A stretch of DNA of 63,889 bases, filler included, from Reticulomyxa filosa (lineage: Eukaryota; Protista; Foraminifera): NCBI GenBank assembly GCA_000512085.1. It is 20 parts of 20 records of this genome, joined end to end, with 100 filler letters (N's around TTAATTAATTAA, not from the genome) between each part and the next. Parts side by side here need not be neighbours in the genome. Positions count along the whole stretch, not along the records: positions 23,752 to 27,411 come from ASPP01009879.1; positions 27,512 to 30,122 come from ASPP01041199.1; positions 30,223 to 31,222 come from ASPP01036035.1; positions 31,323 to 37,967 come from ASPP01020938.1; positions 38,068 to 42,647 come from ASPP01002281.1; 15 more parts are not named here. One strand, 5' to 3'. A model generated the notes under the pieces. That model had not been told where the DNA came from and searched no databases. It saw only the letters and a program-made list of their open reading frames with translations. Position 1 is the stretch's first letter; the number at the start of each line of letters is the position of its first letter. Below, piece by piece: positions 27,319 to 40,120 of the stretch. Both the position numbers and the translations under genes were made by a program.

Positions 27319-28959
27319 AGTTTCGAGAGTACACAAGAGGGAAGGAGAAAAATAAAAAAATAAAAAAAAATAGTGACATCAATGCATCCCCCCCCCCCAA
27401 AGAAAGTGTAANNNNNNNNNNNNNNNNNNNNNNNNNNNNNNNNNNNNNNNNNNNNTTAATTAATTAANNNNNNNNNNNNNNNNNNNNNNNNNNNNNNNNN
27501 NNNNNNNNNNNAAAATTTTACATTGATTGAAAACATATTTTCTATTTTGATATGTGACAAATAGCATGTTCGATTTTGACAAAGAGAAATAACATATACC
27601 ATAATTATCTTATATGCAATACACTTTTTATTTTAAGAAATAAACAACTTCAAAACAAAAAAAAGTGTTAAATTATTATCTACATCATTTACTTTTTGAT
27701 TTAGAAACTTGTGAGTTCGATTCTTTTTAACGAATATGTAATTTATTTACTTGACATTGAAATTAATTATAAAATGTTCTTTTTTTTGTTAATGTTTCTT
27801 CCCCCACTGATAGAGCTTTGATAAAATTTACTGAATTTGTTATCAAGCAGTATGCGATTGCACAGCTGATGTTGCAATTTGCTATTTTGTATATAATATA
27901 ATTCTCACAACATCATATATTCTCAAAGGAGGCAATACCAAACAAAAAAAAGTATCCATGATAAGTGATATTTGCCTAGTACACAAAGCATGTTTATCAT
28001 TAAAAAAATAAGCAAAAAGTAAGTTTCATTCCACTCACAATCATACCTTTATGCAAAAATTTTTATCAAATTAAAAAAGTATATAATAATGTTCATGTCA
28101 TCATAAACAATGCTACAATAAATTAATTTTTTGACACGTTTTCATTTTTTTTTAAGTCATTAGTTCTTTTTATAAGCACTTAGTTCTTGCTTCATCATTC
28201 ATTAGAGTACTCCAAGATTAAACAGTAAGCAACATGCTCTTGCGCCCAAAAGAAACAAAACGACTGTCTCGCAAATCATTTTGTTTTATATTCAATACCA
28301 ACACGAATAATTGAAGTTACAAAGTAAACATGAAAACCAAAATCCAAAACACGAACAGTACAAACAAGGACAAAGACAAACCATTGAAAATAGCCTTCAA
28401 TGCTGAATCAAGCAGCACACGCAATAACAAACTAAATTTCTTAAATCAATTCATTGAATTTGTGTTTTATCCCTACAATCCCATGAACAAGATACAGTGA
28501 AAAATGCGTTCTTGTTACACTTTCAAATTCCTTTAACATTATAAAACCTCAGCAAACTCTACCATAAAGAGTACAAGGAGGAGAGCACTATTGCAAATTA
28601 CACCTAGAAATTTCAGTAACGAAGAAGCTATCTAAGAACGTGACAACACTTGTCAGGCCTAATCGCAGAAATTGGAAACTAATAATAGCATATTTCATTT
28701 AAACAAAAGAATTTTTTAAAAATCAAATTATCTCCTGTTCGGAAAACAGAAGAACGACAACTATAACCAAAAAACATAACCAATGAAGCAGTTTTGGATT
28801 GAATTGTATGAAGAGTTAAATAGAAAAACTCACATACAAATTTCAATAAATATTTCAAATTTTATTTTCTTTGACTGAACCGTAGAATAATAACATTATT
28901 AGTGTATTTATTGGGTTTTTTCAATGATATAAATTTAATATATATATTATTCATAATCT

Positions 28960-29429
28960 GCTACAAATTGTGAAGATTCAACATATATTCATCCAATGGC
29001 CAAATGCTGGCGTCATGCTCTTCGGACAATACAATTAGAATATGGAATTTGAAAATAAGCCAAAAAGTGAAAACCTTGACTATTGATGCAAATCAAATAT
29101 TGAAGGTTAGATTTTCTCCAAACAATCGCTCGATTGTTTCTTGCTCCACTGATCCAGTAATTCAAATATGGGATATTGTATCTGGAAATATCACTCGAAA
29201 ATTTGAAGGATATCCGCATGCTGTTACTGATGTGCAGTACACATCAGATGGACAGACTCTTATTTCTTCTTCTTTGGATCGAATCATTCGATTGTGGGAT
29301 GTGAAATCAGCACAAGGAATACAAGTGTTGCGAGGGCATTGCAAACCAATTCTTGGGGTTGATATTGCTCGTGATAGCTGTACTATTGCATCTTGTTCCG
29401 CTGATAAAACTATTCTATTGTGGAGATAA
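28960..29429 (+). pseudogene. WD40-repeat gene fragment (4 repeats), no intact 5' part
   Basis: LASCSSDNTIRIWN, FSPNNRSIVSCS, ISSSLDRIIRLWD, LRGH..IASCSADKTILLW. Upstream sequence is degenerate. Confidence 0.75.
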
Positions 29430-29869
29430 TTCTTACATGCTAATAATAATATAAAAATACTTTGACGGATACTTGGTGCAACTACACTTTTTTTTTTAGA
29501 ACAGTACTCGATTTTTTTCTTCTTTCAGTACTTATCTCTTTCTTTCTTTTCTTTTTCCTTTTGTTATGTACAAACTGTTGTTTTGCTTGTTTTTTAACTG
29601 TCTTATTCAAGCTGCATCACAATTCAAAGTGCTTATATTAGCTTGGTTTTCTATGTCTGGGCTGCAATAAATTTCATTAGCGTATCACTCTGACAAATTT
29701 TGTTGAAACATCACATAATACAAAAATTACAATGAAAAAGATATGTTGAAATAAATAACAATTAAATTTGTAGTACCAAGGTTTTTTTCATAATGTTGTG
29801 GGAACCAGTTTCAAAGAGAATTTTAAAAAAGTTGAACATGTTCGATCATCATTTAAAGGAAAAAGAGAA

Positions 29870-30056
29870 TAGCACTGCTGTTGCTGCAATTAATTTTGGA
29901 ATATTACAAACAGAGATGACTTTTTGTTTAAATGCGCAAAAGGGACGTATAGTCCCACTGAACGACGAGACGACATGGGGAACGACAACAACGTTATTGT
30001 TAGACAAACATTATGAATTAATTGCATTTGGATTTGAGGCTTCTCTCAAGTATTAA
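29870..30056 (+). pseudogene. HSPA12-like (divergent Hsp70) N-terminal remnant
   Basis: AVAAINFG (cf. VVAIDFGT) and TTTTLLLDKHYELIAFGFEASLKY (cf. KTPT.ILL...F.AFG.EA...Y). Confidence 0.5.
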
Positions 30057-30245
30057 TGTATTTAAAATTTGACGTTTATTTTTTAAACAATGCATTAAAT
30101 AATTGTTAAGCAACAATGGCCTNNNNNNNNNNNNNNNNNNNNNNNNNNNNNNNNNNNNNNNNNNNNTTAATTAATTAANNNNNNNNNNNNNNNNNNNNNN
30201 NNNNNNNNNNNNNNNNNNNNNNAAAAAAAAAAAAAAAAAAAAAAA

Positions 30246-30747
30246 GGGGGATGCCAAACCTACAGTATTGCTGAATGTGAAATACTTGACGTTGGACGCA
30301 ACACTGTTGGCAGTGCGCAGTGGAAACAACTGCCCAATTTACCCACTCCATTGTCCGAGTTTGCGGCGGGCACCACTCGCTATCGCTTGTTTGTGTGCGG
30401 CGGCACGGACACGTCGAGCGTGCGAGACGACTGCTATCTGCTCGACCTCATGCAGCTGCACGAGCGGACACCGATCTTCTCAAATGGGGAGAAGGAGGAG
30501 GAGGAGGAGGAGGAGAAAGAGGAGGTGCTGGAAAAGGAAAGCGCAGCTCACTTTGTACTGCCTTTCACGCGCTCCAATCGAATCCAGTGGATGAAACGCA
30601 GCTACGACGAGTTCAGAGTCGGCGATGACAGGCAACTCGTTGATGAGTCCACTGATCCCACCACGGTCGAAACGGTTCCCAAAATTTCAGACGATGCTGG
30701 ATGGGTTCGCTTGCCTTCAATGCTTTCCTCTCGATATGGGTGTGATG
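30246..30747 (+). CDS. Kelch-repeat protein exon with poly-Glu insertion
   Basis: GGCQTYSIAECEILD..QWKQLPNLPTPLSEFAA..RLFVCGGTD..DDCYLLD..WVRLPSMLSSRYGC. Confidence 0.75.
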
Positions 30748-30784
30748 GTTCGCTTTTCATATTCATATTTTATTCAATATCTTA

Positions 30785-30820
<36 letters not shown>

Positions 30821-31322
30821 AAATGAAATAAAAATTAGCAAACAATGGGAAAAACAGAAAGAAGCAATTCAATTAAATTCGCAACACGAAAAGTTAAAAC
30901 TGGAGATGCAATCACAAAAGAAGAAAGACGAAGAAAATTTAACTTTTCTAAAAGAAAATCTAGTTTTGATTTAAAAACAAACAAACAAATGAATAAATCA
31001 TAAACAAAAACAAAAATGTTCAACACACTCTAAATTTATTCTTTCTCTTTTTTTTGGGGGGGCAAATATGAATAAGCTTAAAAGAATTTCTGAAGTTAAG
31101 AACTTGAAAAAAGATAGCAAAACTGAAGCAAAAAAAAAGCAGACACAAGAAAATGGAAATCAGCAGATGAATGAAAATACTCAAACGTATTCGCAAATTA
31201 TCCAATCGAAAGAAAGCCAGCTNNNNNNNNNNNNNNNNNNNNNNNNNNNNNNNNNNNNNNNNNNNNTTAATTAATTAANNNNNNNNNNNNNNNNNNNNNN
31301 NNNNNNNNNNNNNNNNNNNNNN

Positions 31323-31714
31323 GGACACGCGCTGGGAGGGCCTGCGCAATCCGAGCATGCAAGAGGCTTGGCAGGACAAGCACGTACGACGACTGATCGA
31401 CACTCGCGTGAAGCAACTGGAGTTCATCGCCGAGCATTTTCTCTCTTGCATCATCGAGGCGGTCGAGGACATTCCCTTTGGCGTGCGCTGGATCTGTCGT
31501 CAGCTCGTGGAAATGGCTCGCGTCAAATTCCCCCAAGCTGATCGCTATCACATCGGCGGGCTGCTGGGCGGTTTCATCTATCTGCGCTTCTTCAATCCCG
31601 TCATTGTCGCACCCGAAACAGTTCATTTCGTCAATCAAAAGTTGTCCAAGATTACTCGAAGAAATCTTGTCCTTGTTAATTAATACAAAATACATAAATA
31701 AATAAATAAATACA

Positions 31715-31756
<42 letters not shown>

Positions 31757-32839
31757 TGTATTTATTTAATTTGTTCAATTTATATTTATATTTAAACCTA
31801 TTATTATTTTTTTATTTTTTTTTTTATATCTTTTTGTCAATGTGATCAAAACAAAAGATTGCGAAAATTCTACAAAACTTATCAAACGGTATCGGGTTCC
31901 GCGATGACTACATGAAAGTAATGTCACCCTGGATCGAACAACATCGCGAAGACTTGCAAACGTATTTCGCTCGACTGATCGATGTGGACGACTTGACGGA
32001 CCGCCTCGATGTGGATTTGCTTCTTCAACACGCGAAGGAAAAGGGGAATTGATTCACATCAACTTTAATCAAATCTTTCTTATCCATCGCCTACTCTTAA
32101 AACATCGCAAAGACTGGAATCCAGACAACGATCCTAATGACGTCATGTTTGAGCTGTTGATTCCCTTGGGAAGCGCTCCGGAACCCGTGGAATGTTCCCA
32201 GAACCACGTGATCAAGCTTCGTCTGTCGCCACTTTGCAGCGAGGATGTCCACGGCAAACAGCAAGAGCAAACGCAGCAGACCGATACCCCGCGAACACCG
32301 GGACAAGAGCGTGTGCCGATGCAAGAAGAGGAGAAGTTGAATGTGGTGAGTGTTTTTTTGGATCGTTTTGAAAGCACCAACGATGTGGCGACTAAAAAAA
32401 GTGAGGGAAAAGATCAAATCGATTTTATTGAATGAATCAATTCCAAGCGTGTTTTTGGACCAATTTCGAAATACGTTTTCGAGGATATCTTCATCAAGTG
32501 AAAACATGGGCGAAAGCACACGGGAAATATCAAGCAATGCAAGATTGCGAAAAGGTGATCCAAGGGATTTTGAAGCTCCAAAGAGGCTCCAAGCCAAGTG
32601 GTGCTCGCAATGAAGTCGCCGAGTTTAACACATTCCTAATGACATATATCCACGATGTTCGTGACATGAAACGCCAAGTCGATCGCTTTCATGGCAAAGT
32701 CAAAGCAGTACGAAAAGCCCGCGACGCAATTATCGATCATGCCATGTTTTTGGAAAACAAATTGGAAACGTATCAGGAATATTTGAGAAATGTCATGGAA
32801 CAAAGACACGAGGATGGTCATTTCGATTTTATTAATAGC

Positions 32840-32893
<54 letters not shown>

Positions 32894-33358
32894 GATACGT
32901 ATGCGACTCGTTTTTTCAATTACTGTAACAACAAAATAGGCTTGAAGAGAAACAGCAAAAATATATCGGATGATATCATTCAACGAACAGACACGGAGAG
33001 GAGTAAAAAAGAATTCACTCAGAAATGCGTCAAGTTCACACATCGCAAGTTGCTCGACTTGGAAGTCATTGTGGAGGTAGACCAGGACATCATCGAACAA
33101 ACTCAAGCGAATTTCAACAATTTGGTCTATTACTTTTCTCGTGGACCCACTCCAGACGAGTTTCAGATTGAGGTCAAATATAAACTTGGATTTGGAGCCA
33201 AAATTAACCCTTTTCCCGCTCCGTTTTCCTTGTCCTTTAGCAAACTCTTAGAAATGAAGGACACTTTCTGTCTTCGATATCAATTGGAAATTGTAACTTT
33301 AAATGTCGAGCGCTTGGTTGATCTGTTGAATGATCATTTCTTACGGAGTCCAAAATAA
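31323..33358 (+). CDS. RasGAP-domain protein (IQGAP/GAP1-like with RasGAP C-terminal domain); 5'-truncated
   Basis: IPFGVRWIC, GGFIYLRFFNPVIVAPE, RRNLVL|IAKILQNLSN, KFTHRKLLDLEVIV, LNVERLVDLLN. Intron 31675-31857. Three single-base frame disruptions (~32045, ~32400, ~32478). Confidence 0.9.
32840..32893 (+). repeat. (AAT)n coding microsatellite (poly-Asn)
   Basis: About 18 tandem AAT/AAC codons in the RasGAP ORF. Confidence 0.95.
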
Positions 33359-36300
33359 TATGTACGTGCACTTTGAAGGGAGGTTTCCCTTTTTTTCTTT
33401 TTCGTGTTTTGTGTATCTTTTTATTATTATTATTTTACTTTTTTTTTGCGGGGTGGGTTACCTCACAATATTTTATCTTTTTATCTCTAATATGTCTCTA
33501 GTTCTATTTTTTCGGCCTGTTTGTTTTTCGTTCTCCATTCTTAACCTTTTAGTGTCGGTGACTCAATTGTAAACGTTTTGTGAAGGAAGTTAACAAGTTC
33601 CATGGACGGTCTCAATACACTCTTTTCCGCGTTTACCTTTTGTCATAAGATTTTGCGATCCATTTAGACTTTTGTTTATTCCCTGAGTCATGTCCTTTTT
33701 TTAATGAAGTTGACAGAGAGTTTTTCATATCCTATCTGTTCTAAAATGGTTGTGAGATTTTCTTGCAGAATCATCTAAAGAAAGGCTACCAATTGGTTTT
33801 CCGGGAGATCAATACTAACACATTTTAATGTATAGCCAAAGAATACTTTTCGAAGTTCAAAAAAGCCGTCCAAGCATCAGATATGAAAGAATAACTAGTT
33901 ATCACTTTTTATAACGATAGTCGATGTGGTTCTTAATCTTTTCCAGTTTAATTCATTGCATAATTATCTACTTAGAGATGCAATTGTAAAAGAAAAAAAT
34001 GAATTTTGTTTTAAAGTTGTGGGTCATTTTGTTTTAATTGTGGGTCATTTTTTATTTTTTTTAAGTGTTTTAAAAGACCCATTTTATTCGAAAGAAGAAA
34101 TCTTTTTTTTCGATCAAATATTGATCAATTAAGACATTAATTGTGTTATCTATCTGTTTCATCAAGTTAAAATTAGATCAAAAAATCAGCTAAGACAAAA
34201 AGTTACAAGGGGGAACGTGGTCACATTTTTTTTATTTTCGTATTTGTAATGTTTTCTCTTGGCAGTAAACTACAAAGCTTTGCAGGCTTCTTGCTGACAT
34301 ATATGAAGTGAATAGTGATTGTTAAGGCGTATCAGACTCTAGAAGGTACGTTTACTTAATTTTGTTAAATGATATATTTTATTTATTTGTTATTTTTAAA
34401 GTAATTTAGAAAAAAGACGAACTTTTTTGTTTTGTCTTCATTGATATGTCTGCTTTTTATTTATGAAAGAAGCCAAAAATAGTGAAATTGATCTTACAGA
34501 CAGAAAAAGTCAAGCTCACAAATTATTGCTTTAACAAATTAAGATAATCTTGCATATTTAGTTTTTGTAATGTCTGATTAATACGAGTATGCATGCACAA
34601 ACATCAAAAATAATGAATTATTTCGAGCATATTGAAATTTTAATGCATTGTGGTACATTGAAAACAATGATAAAAACAGTAAAACAAAAATTAAATATTT
34701 TGATTTTTTTCACAGTCAAAACACACTATACGTTATGCGATCTTGCTTATAGTAGTTCTTGGTGACCTGCACAATCGTTATTAGATGGTTCCACAAATTA
34801 ATCCAAAATTAAACACAGATTCACAATGAGGAAGGAGCATGAGGAAAAAACAAACTTTCTTAGTATTTTTTCTTTAGGTGTGTATATTTTTTTGGAACTT
34901 TTCTCTATCGCGCTTTTTTCTTCCCATAAAAAGAAAAGAAAAATCAAAACTGAACAAAAAAATGAAAAATATCTTCATAATTTCACTGTTGATTTGTCCA
35001 TATAGTATAATATTTTTTATCAGTCGATGTTCTAACATTTCTTGAATTATGTCAATTGCAACGAAGCTTTTATCTTATCTCAAAGCAAAGTTTGGACAAC
35101 TTATGTTTCGACAAGTTCGCTTAGATCTCATTTTTTTTCAATACTTCCACAAATTAAAAAATGAATGTCATTGTGTGAATACAATTCATATATTTAAAAA
35201 AAATGACACACTTGCTATGATTGAGTCTTCATGAGTTTTTACCAATTCTAATGGATGTTTTTATCCAGTTTTCTTTTTGTCAACTGCAAAAAAAAAGAAA
35301 AGATGTTGGGTTATGTGTTTGTGACATGGCTATTGCTGTTTTCTTTTGCGGGTTAACAACGAAAACATAATATTCTGTGGTACCGAATTATCACAGCTCA
35401 GTGAGGTCTCTGCTAGCATCCAATGCAATTTACTATTGAATAATTTTTTGTCAGTTATTCAGTTGTCAACGTCAATAAATATTTTTCTTTAATCTTTTAT
35501 TTTCCTTTTCGTTCAGTTTGAAATAGTTGTCACAAGTTAATAACATTCCACAATGTTTCCTCTCTCTAGGTGAATGTAACTTCATCAATGTGCAGAGAAT
35601 GAAATCTTTGCTAGTTACTAACAACTAACTGCAACAATGACAAATAAGAAAATAAAAAAAATTGAACTACATGTCTCCTTGTAACGTTGTTTCGATTGAT
35701 AATTTTGATATAAGTTTGATTTGCAAAATAACTTAATAACATAACAACAGACTTACTTGATAATAATTGATTAAAAAAATTGTTTATGTTTATGTTAATA
35801 AAAGTAGTTTATTTTTAAAAAAGATTAAAAAAAACGAACAAAAATCGCATAGTGTACACATTTTATAAAAAATAGCTTATATATCGTTTTCCTGGTGCTA
35901 ACAATTAAACTTAGAACGACGTAATTTTTTTCTTATAAATTCAATTTTCTTTGTGTCAAAATTTTGAAAATGAAGATAAAAACTACAAAAAAAATTTTTG
36001 TTGTATAAACTAAAATCAAGCATTAATCTTAAAAACCAATATGTTTGTGATGCTATAGAATTTTGTGTTGAAAATAAAAATGCTCTTATCTTTTTTGCAT
36101 GAAAAAGGAATTCCATTTTTCTGGATCATATCCGATAGAATGTGTAAATGCAAGCGATAATTTACTTGCATATTCCATATACCGAATTTGAAAGACGAAA
36201 CAAAAATATGGAGAGCAAGTCATCTTTGGCAATGAAATTTTGCTTTAGCAAATAAATCATAAACAACAATGTTCATTTTCCAAAAAATGTTTTCACATTT

Positions 36301-38083
36301 CTTTGGGTAATTTATTTTAGGGGTTGCTGTTCGGACAACAATGGACAGTTATACGTCATCACACTTTTCGACTGAATTTGGAGATATAAAAAATCTAAAC
36401 AAAATTTTCTCTTTTAAAGTTTTTCACTTCTATTTGTTTTCTCACTTTGTTTTTTGTGAAATATAATTGACTAATTCGTTAAGTATACAAACTTTTGCAT
36501 ATTATTGATGTTGTATATCACAAATGATGAACCCTATTTAAAAGGATTTGCAAAAACTTTGACAAATTTGTCATTGTTCCGAAGCTGATATTTATTTTTA
36601 AGGAGTTTTTGCTCTAACAGTAATTCAATGTAAATATCATTCGATAAAATTGCAAGGAAATTTGTTTTCCAATGTCCCAATCTCCATGTATAAATAAATA
36701 AGTAAGTATTTGATTATTTATTTATGATTTGATGGATAGGAATTACAAAAAAATACAAAAATACATTAATTTACCTGATATTACTTCTAAATTAATAATA
36801 TACATTTTCCATTTTTGTAGTTTCAAACTTTAGAATTGAAACAAAAATCGTATGTAAGCCATGTCTCAAGGACTGCTTTAAAACTGTGAAAGTTTGCAAA
36901 AAGGATCCTGTGTTGACTATTATTATTGAGTGTGATATTCGGCGATCTAAAAAAAAAGCAGTTGTCAGATTATGTTAAAGAATAACTATTTTGAAGGCAG
37001 GTTGTATCATCTCATTGTTCTGCAAACTCTCTTTAACAATTATACAGTCCAAAAAAAAACGTTATTACAATGCTTTTAGTGATCTTTTTTAGTACTGTTT
37101 CATAAAACGCTTATTTTGTTCATAAAACATTCACATGCAGACAAGCAAATCAATAGATTCTGTATCATCAACAAACAAGCAAAAAAATTTATGCAAGCCA
37201 TTAGAAAATAGAACACAAATAAAAGAAACAATGTTCTCCAATTGCAATTCGTTGGCGTCTTTGGATTATATATATATTTTTTGCATTGAGTTCCAAATAT
37301 TTCTTTCGTTTTCGTTTTTGCTGTAGTTGTTCATTTTCAAATCTTTTTCAGATATCTTTGGAAATATTCTCAAGTGTTATTATATCCGAATTGTACAAAA
37401 AATAAGTGGCTTTGCTTTCTATATGCAATTTGTATATTTTTTAACAAAACAATATTTAAGCAAGTAAGTGATGTAATGTATTGCATTTCTGAAATACATT
37501 GAAAAAAGTATCATTTGAAATTACAGGGAACTAAAAAATATGACAATTGACAAAATAGATCAACAAACATCCTTGTTTTGTGTTTTGTCGTCTGAAGTGT
37601 CTGTGAAAATAAAAAGGACTGTCTGTTCAAAAAAAAAATTTATGAAAGATGAACAGTAACATATCGGCAAATAAAAAATGTTTTCAAATTTAGCCAAATC
37701 ACATTCTGAAAACAAAAAATATTTATAAGAAAAATGAAAAAAGTTTTTTCAATTGAAAAAAATTCAGCAAAATGTCCATCAATTATTTTTTTTCTTTTAT
37801 CAATGAAGAAAAAATTTTGAAAATTTTTTTTTTAATAAAACTTTTCAAACAAAAACACTTCATTTATTTTTTAACAAAAAAATCAATTATCCCCAAATAC
37901 GAATGATTCCGTCAGATGAACCTTAACACAAATTCCAATCATATTTAACATTCTTTGTCTCATTTTTNNNNNNNNNNNNNNNNNNNNNNNNNNNNNNNNN
38001 NNNNNNNNNNNTTAATTAATTAANNNNNNNNNNNNNNNNNNNNNNNNNNNNNNNNNNNNNNNNNNNNTCTCCAACAAAAGAAA

Positions 38084-38641
38084 ATGATGAAAAAAAGTGT
38101 GTCATTGTGGTGGATGTTATGTTTTAGCACTTTGGCTGTGTGGATGGTACTGGTAACGACTGGCGTCATGAACGCATGTCCGTGTGTAACCAAGTACAAA
38201 ACTGTTCGACAAAAGACTGGATGTGTGACGATACCAGCAAACGGACACAACATAGATGTACACGACAAAGAGTGGTTAGTGGAGAATGAGCTGGAAGTGT
38301 TGACGAATGTGACCACATTCACATACCGTGTAGTATTCCACAACAACGCATTAACTTATCCTTGCGACATTAACACATGGCACGCTCGAACACAAACAAG
38401 TTGTTTTGAGTTTTCGCAAGGGTTTATTCCGGGACATGCATTTTCAGATGGTATCAATACTTTCCTCGATCCACAAGTATACGTAAATCCAAGATGATAT
38501 GATCGCCATCTACGGATACGGATTGTTTACCGAATCTGGACAAATGACCTTCATGATATTTGTCAAGAGACAGATGCAGTACATTTTTGAAAGCATTCAG
38601 AATAAATTCAACTGCATTTATATATCTATGTCATTTGGTTG
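38084..38641 (+). CDS. Small putative secreted protein (signal peptide, several Cys)
   Basis: MMKKSVSLWWMLCFSTLAVW... The ORF stops at 38497 but a coding-like frame continues after a +1 shift (DDMIAIYGYGLFTESGQMTFMIFVKRQ). Confidence 0.5.
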
Positions 38642-38649
38642 ATTCTCAT

Positions 38650-40120
38650 CAATATTTTTCCTTTTGTGTGTGCTTCATTGGATATCCTTTTTCAACCCCA
38701 ATTATCGCACGTATCTTTGGATATTTTTGACATTGTGTGCCAGTTAATTTTGTTGAAATTATACCAAATGATTTTCATTTTTTTAATTTATTTATCAAAG
38801 TATCAAAATTCTTTCTCATTTAATTTTATTGAAATTATCTCAAATGATCTTGGACATGATGTACAAATATATCTTCATTTTCATTTCCTAAATCATTGAT
38901 AAGAACACTGAAAATTCTATCCAATTGTTTGTCATTCAATTTTGTTAAAATTACTTCCAATAATTCTTCACATAAGAATACGAGTATAATATAATCATAT
39001 TTATTTTTTAATTCATTCAAACATTCCCCAGAATATTATCCAATTGCTTTTTGTTTAATTTCTTTGAGAGATATCCAATTGATTGGAATAAAATTTACAG
39101 TTTGTTTCATCGTTATCTTTGAGTCTATTGATCAAACATGAAAAAAAAGAGTATTGATTGCAATTTCTCTAATTAAATAGCCAGACTTATCACAATAACA
39201 GTCATTTATATTTTGAAATCCATCAATCAAACATCGAACGGTAATATTCCATTCTTTTCATTCCGTTTCGTTGAAAATGTTGTAAATGATTTTACAAATG
39301 ACGCTCCAAACGGAATAACCACTATCTTTTAATCCATTTATCAAACATTTAAAAAAGCATCATTTAATTGTTTTCCCAGATAATTGTACTGTAATTGCGT
39401 CAAGTGCTTCATGTATCCAATAATCGTTATTTTTGTTATTGAATATGTATATCCATTAAAAGAATTGAACACATCATCTAACTTTTCTCATCTAATTTTA
39501 CTCCAAAATTCCGAGTGATTTTGCACATTGTTTATGGACATCTCTTTTTTCGTGTCTATCTTTTAGTATTTTCCATTAAAGGATTGAAAGCATCATTGAA
39601 TTGTTTTTCATTCCATTTCATTGATAATTTTCCAAGTAAGAAGTGTGCACATTTTACAAGATTATTTTTATCTTCCTTTTCATCGGATAATCGATTAATC
39701 AGGCATTTAGAGGCATCATCTAATTGTCCTTCTTTCAATTTCATTATCAATTGAGTTATATCATATTCCCAATAATAAAATCTATGAATGAAACATTGGA
39801 ATGCATTATCCAGCTTTTTTCCTCCAAATTGTGATCAAATCATTGTGCACGTTTATCACAAATTGTAATCTTTTCATTATCAAAGGTGTTAATCAAACAT
39901 TCAAACACTTTATTCAAGTGTCCCTTATTATTAAGTTCAATGCTATTCTTGAAAGTGATATTGCACACTTTTCATGAATTTTTTTTTTGTCTTTGTCAAC
40001 AAGCTCATCAATGAAAAATTCAATAGGATCATCCAATTGTTGTTCATTCAATTTCACAAAGTAAATCTACATATATCCCAGAGTATCTCTTAAGGAATTG
40101 TTCATGCCATTGTACAACAA
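38650..40120 (-). pseudogene. Decayed HEAT/ARM-like tandem-repeat protein gene
   Basis: Repeated broken units of type KLNDKQLDRIFSVLINDL / KLKEGQLDDASKCLINRL / KWNEKQFNDAFNPLM, with many stops and frameshifts. Confidence 0.7.

Noticed and set aside
28240-28830. Possible non-LTR retrotransposon 3' remnant (A-rich, YLLFG-like)
   Set aside because: No RT or endonuclease motif is legible; too degenerate to support.
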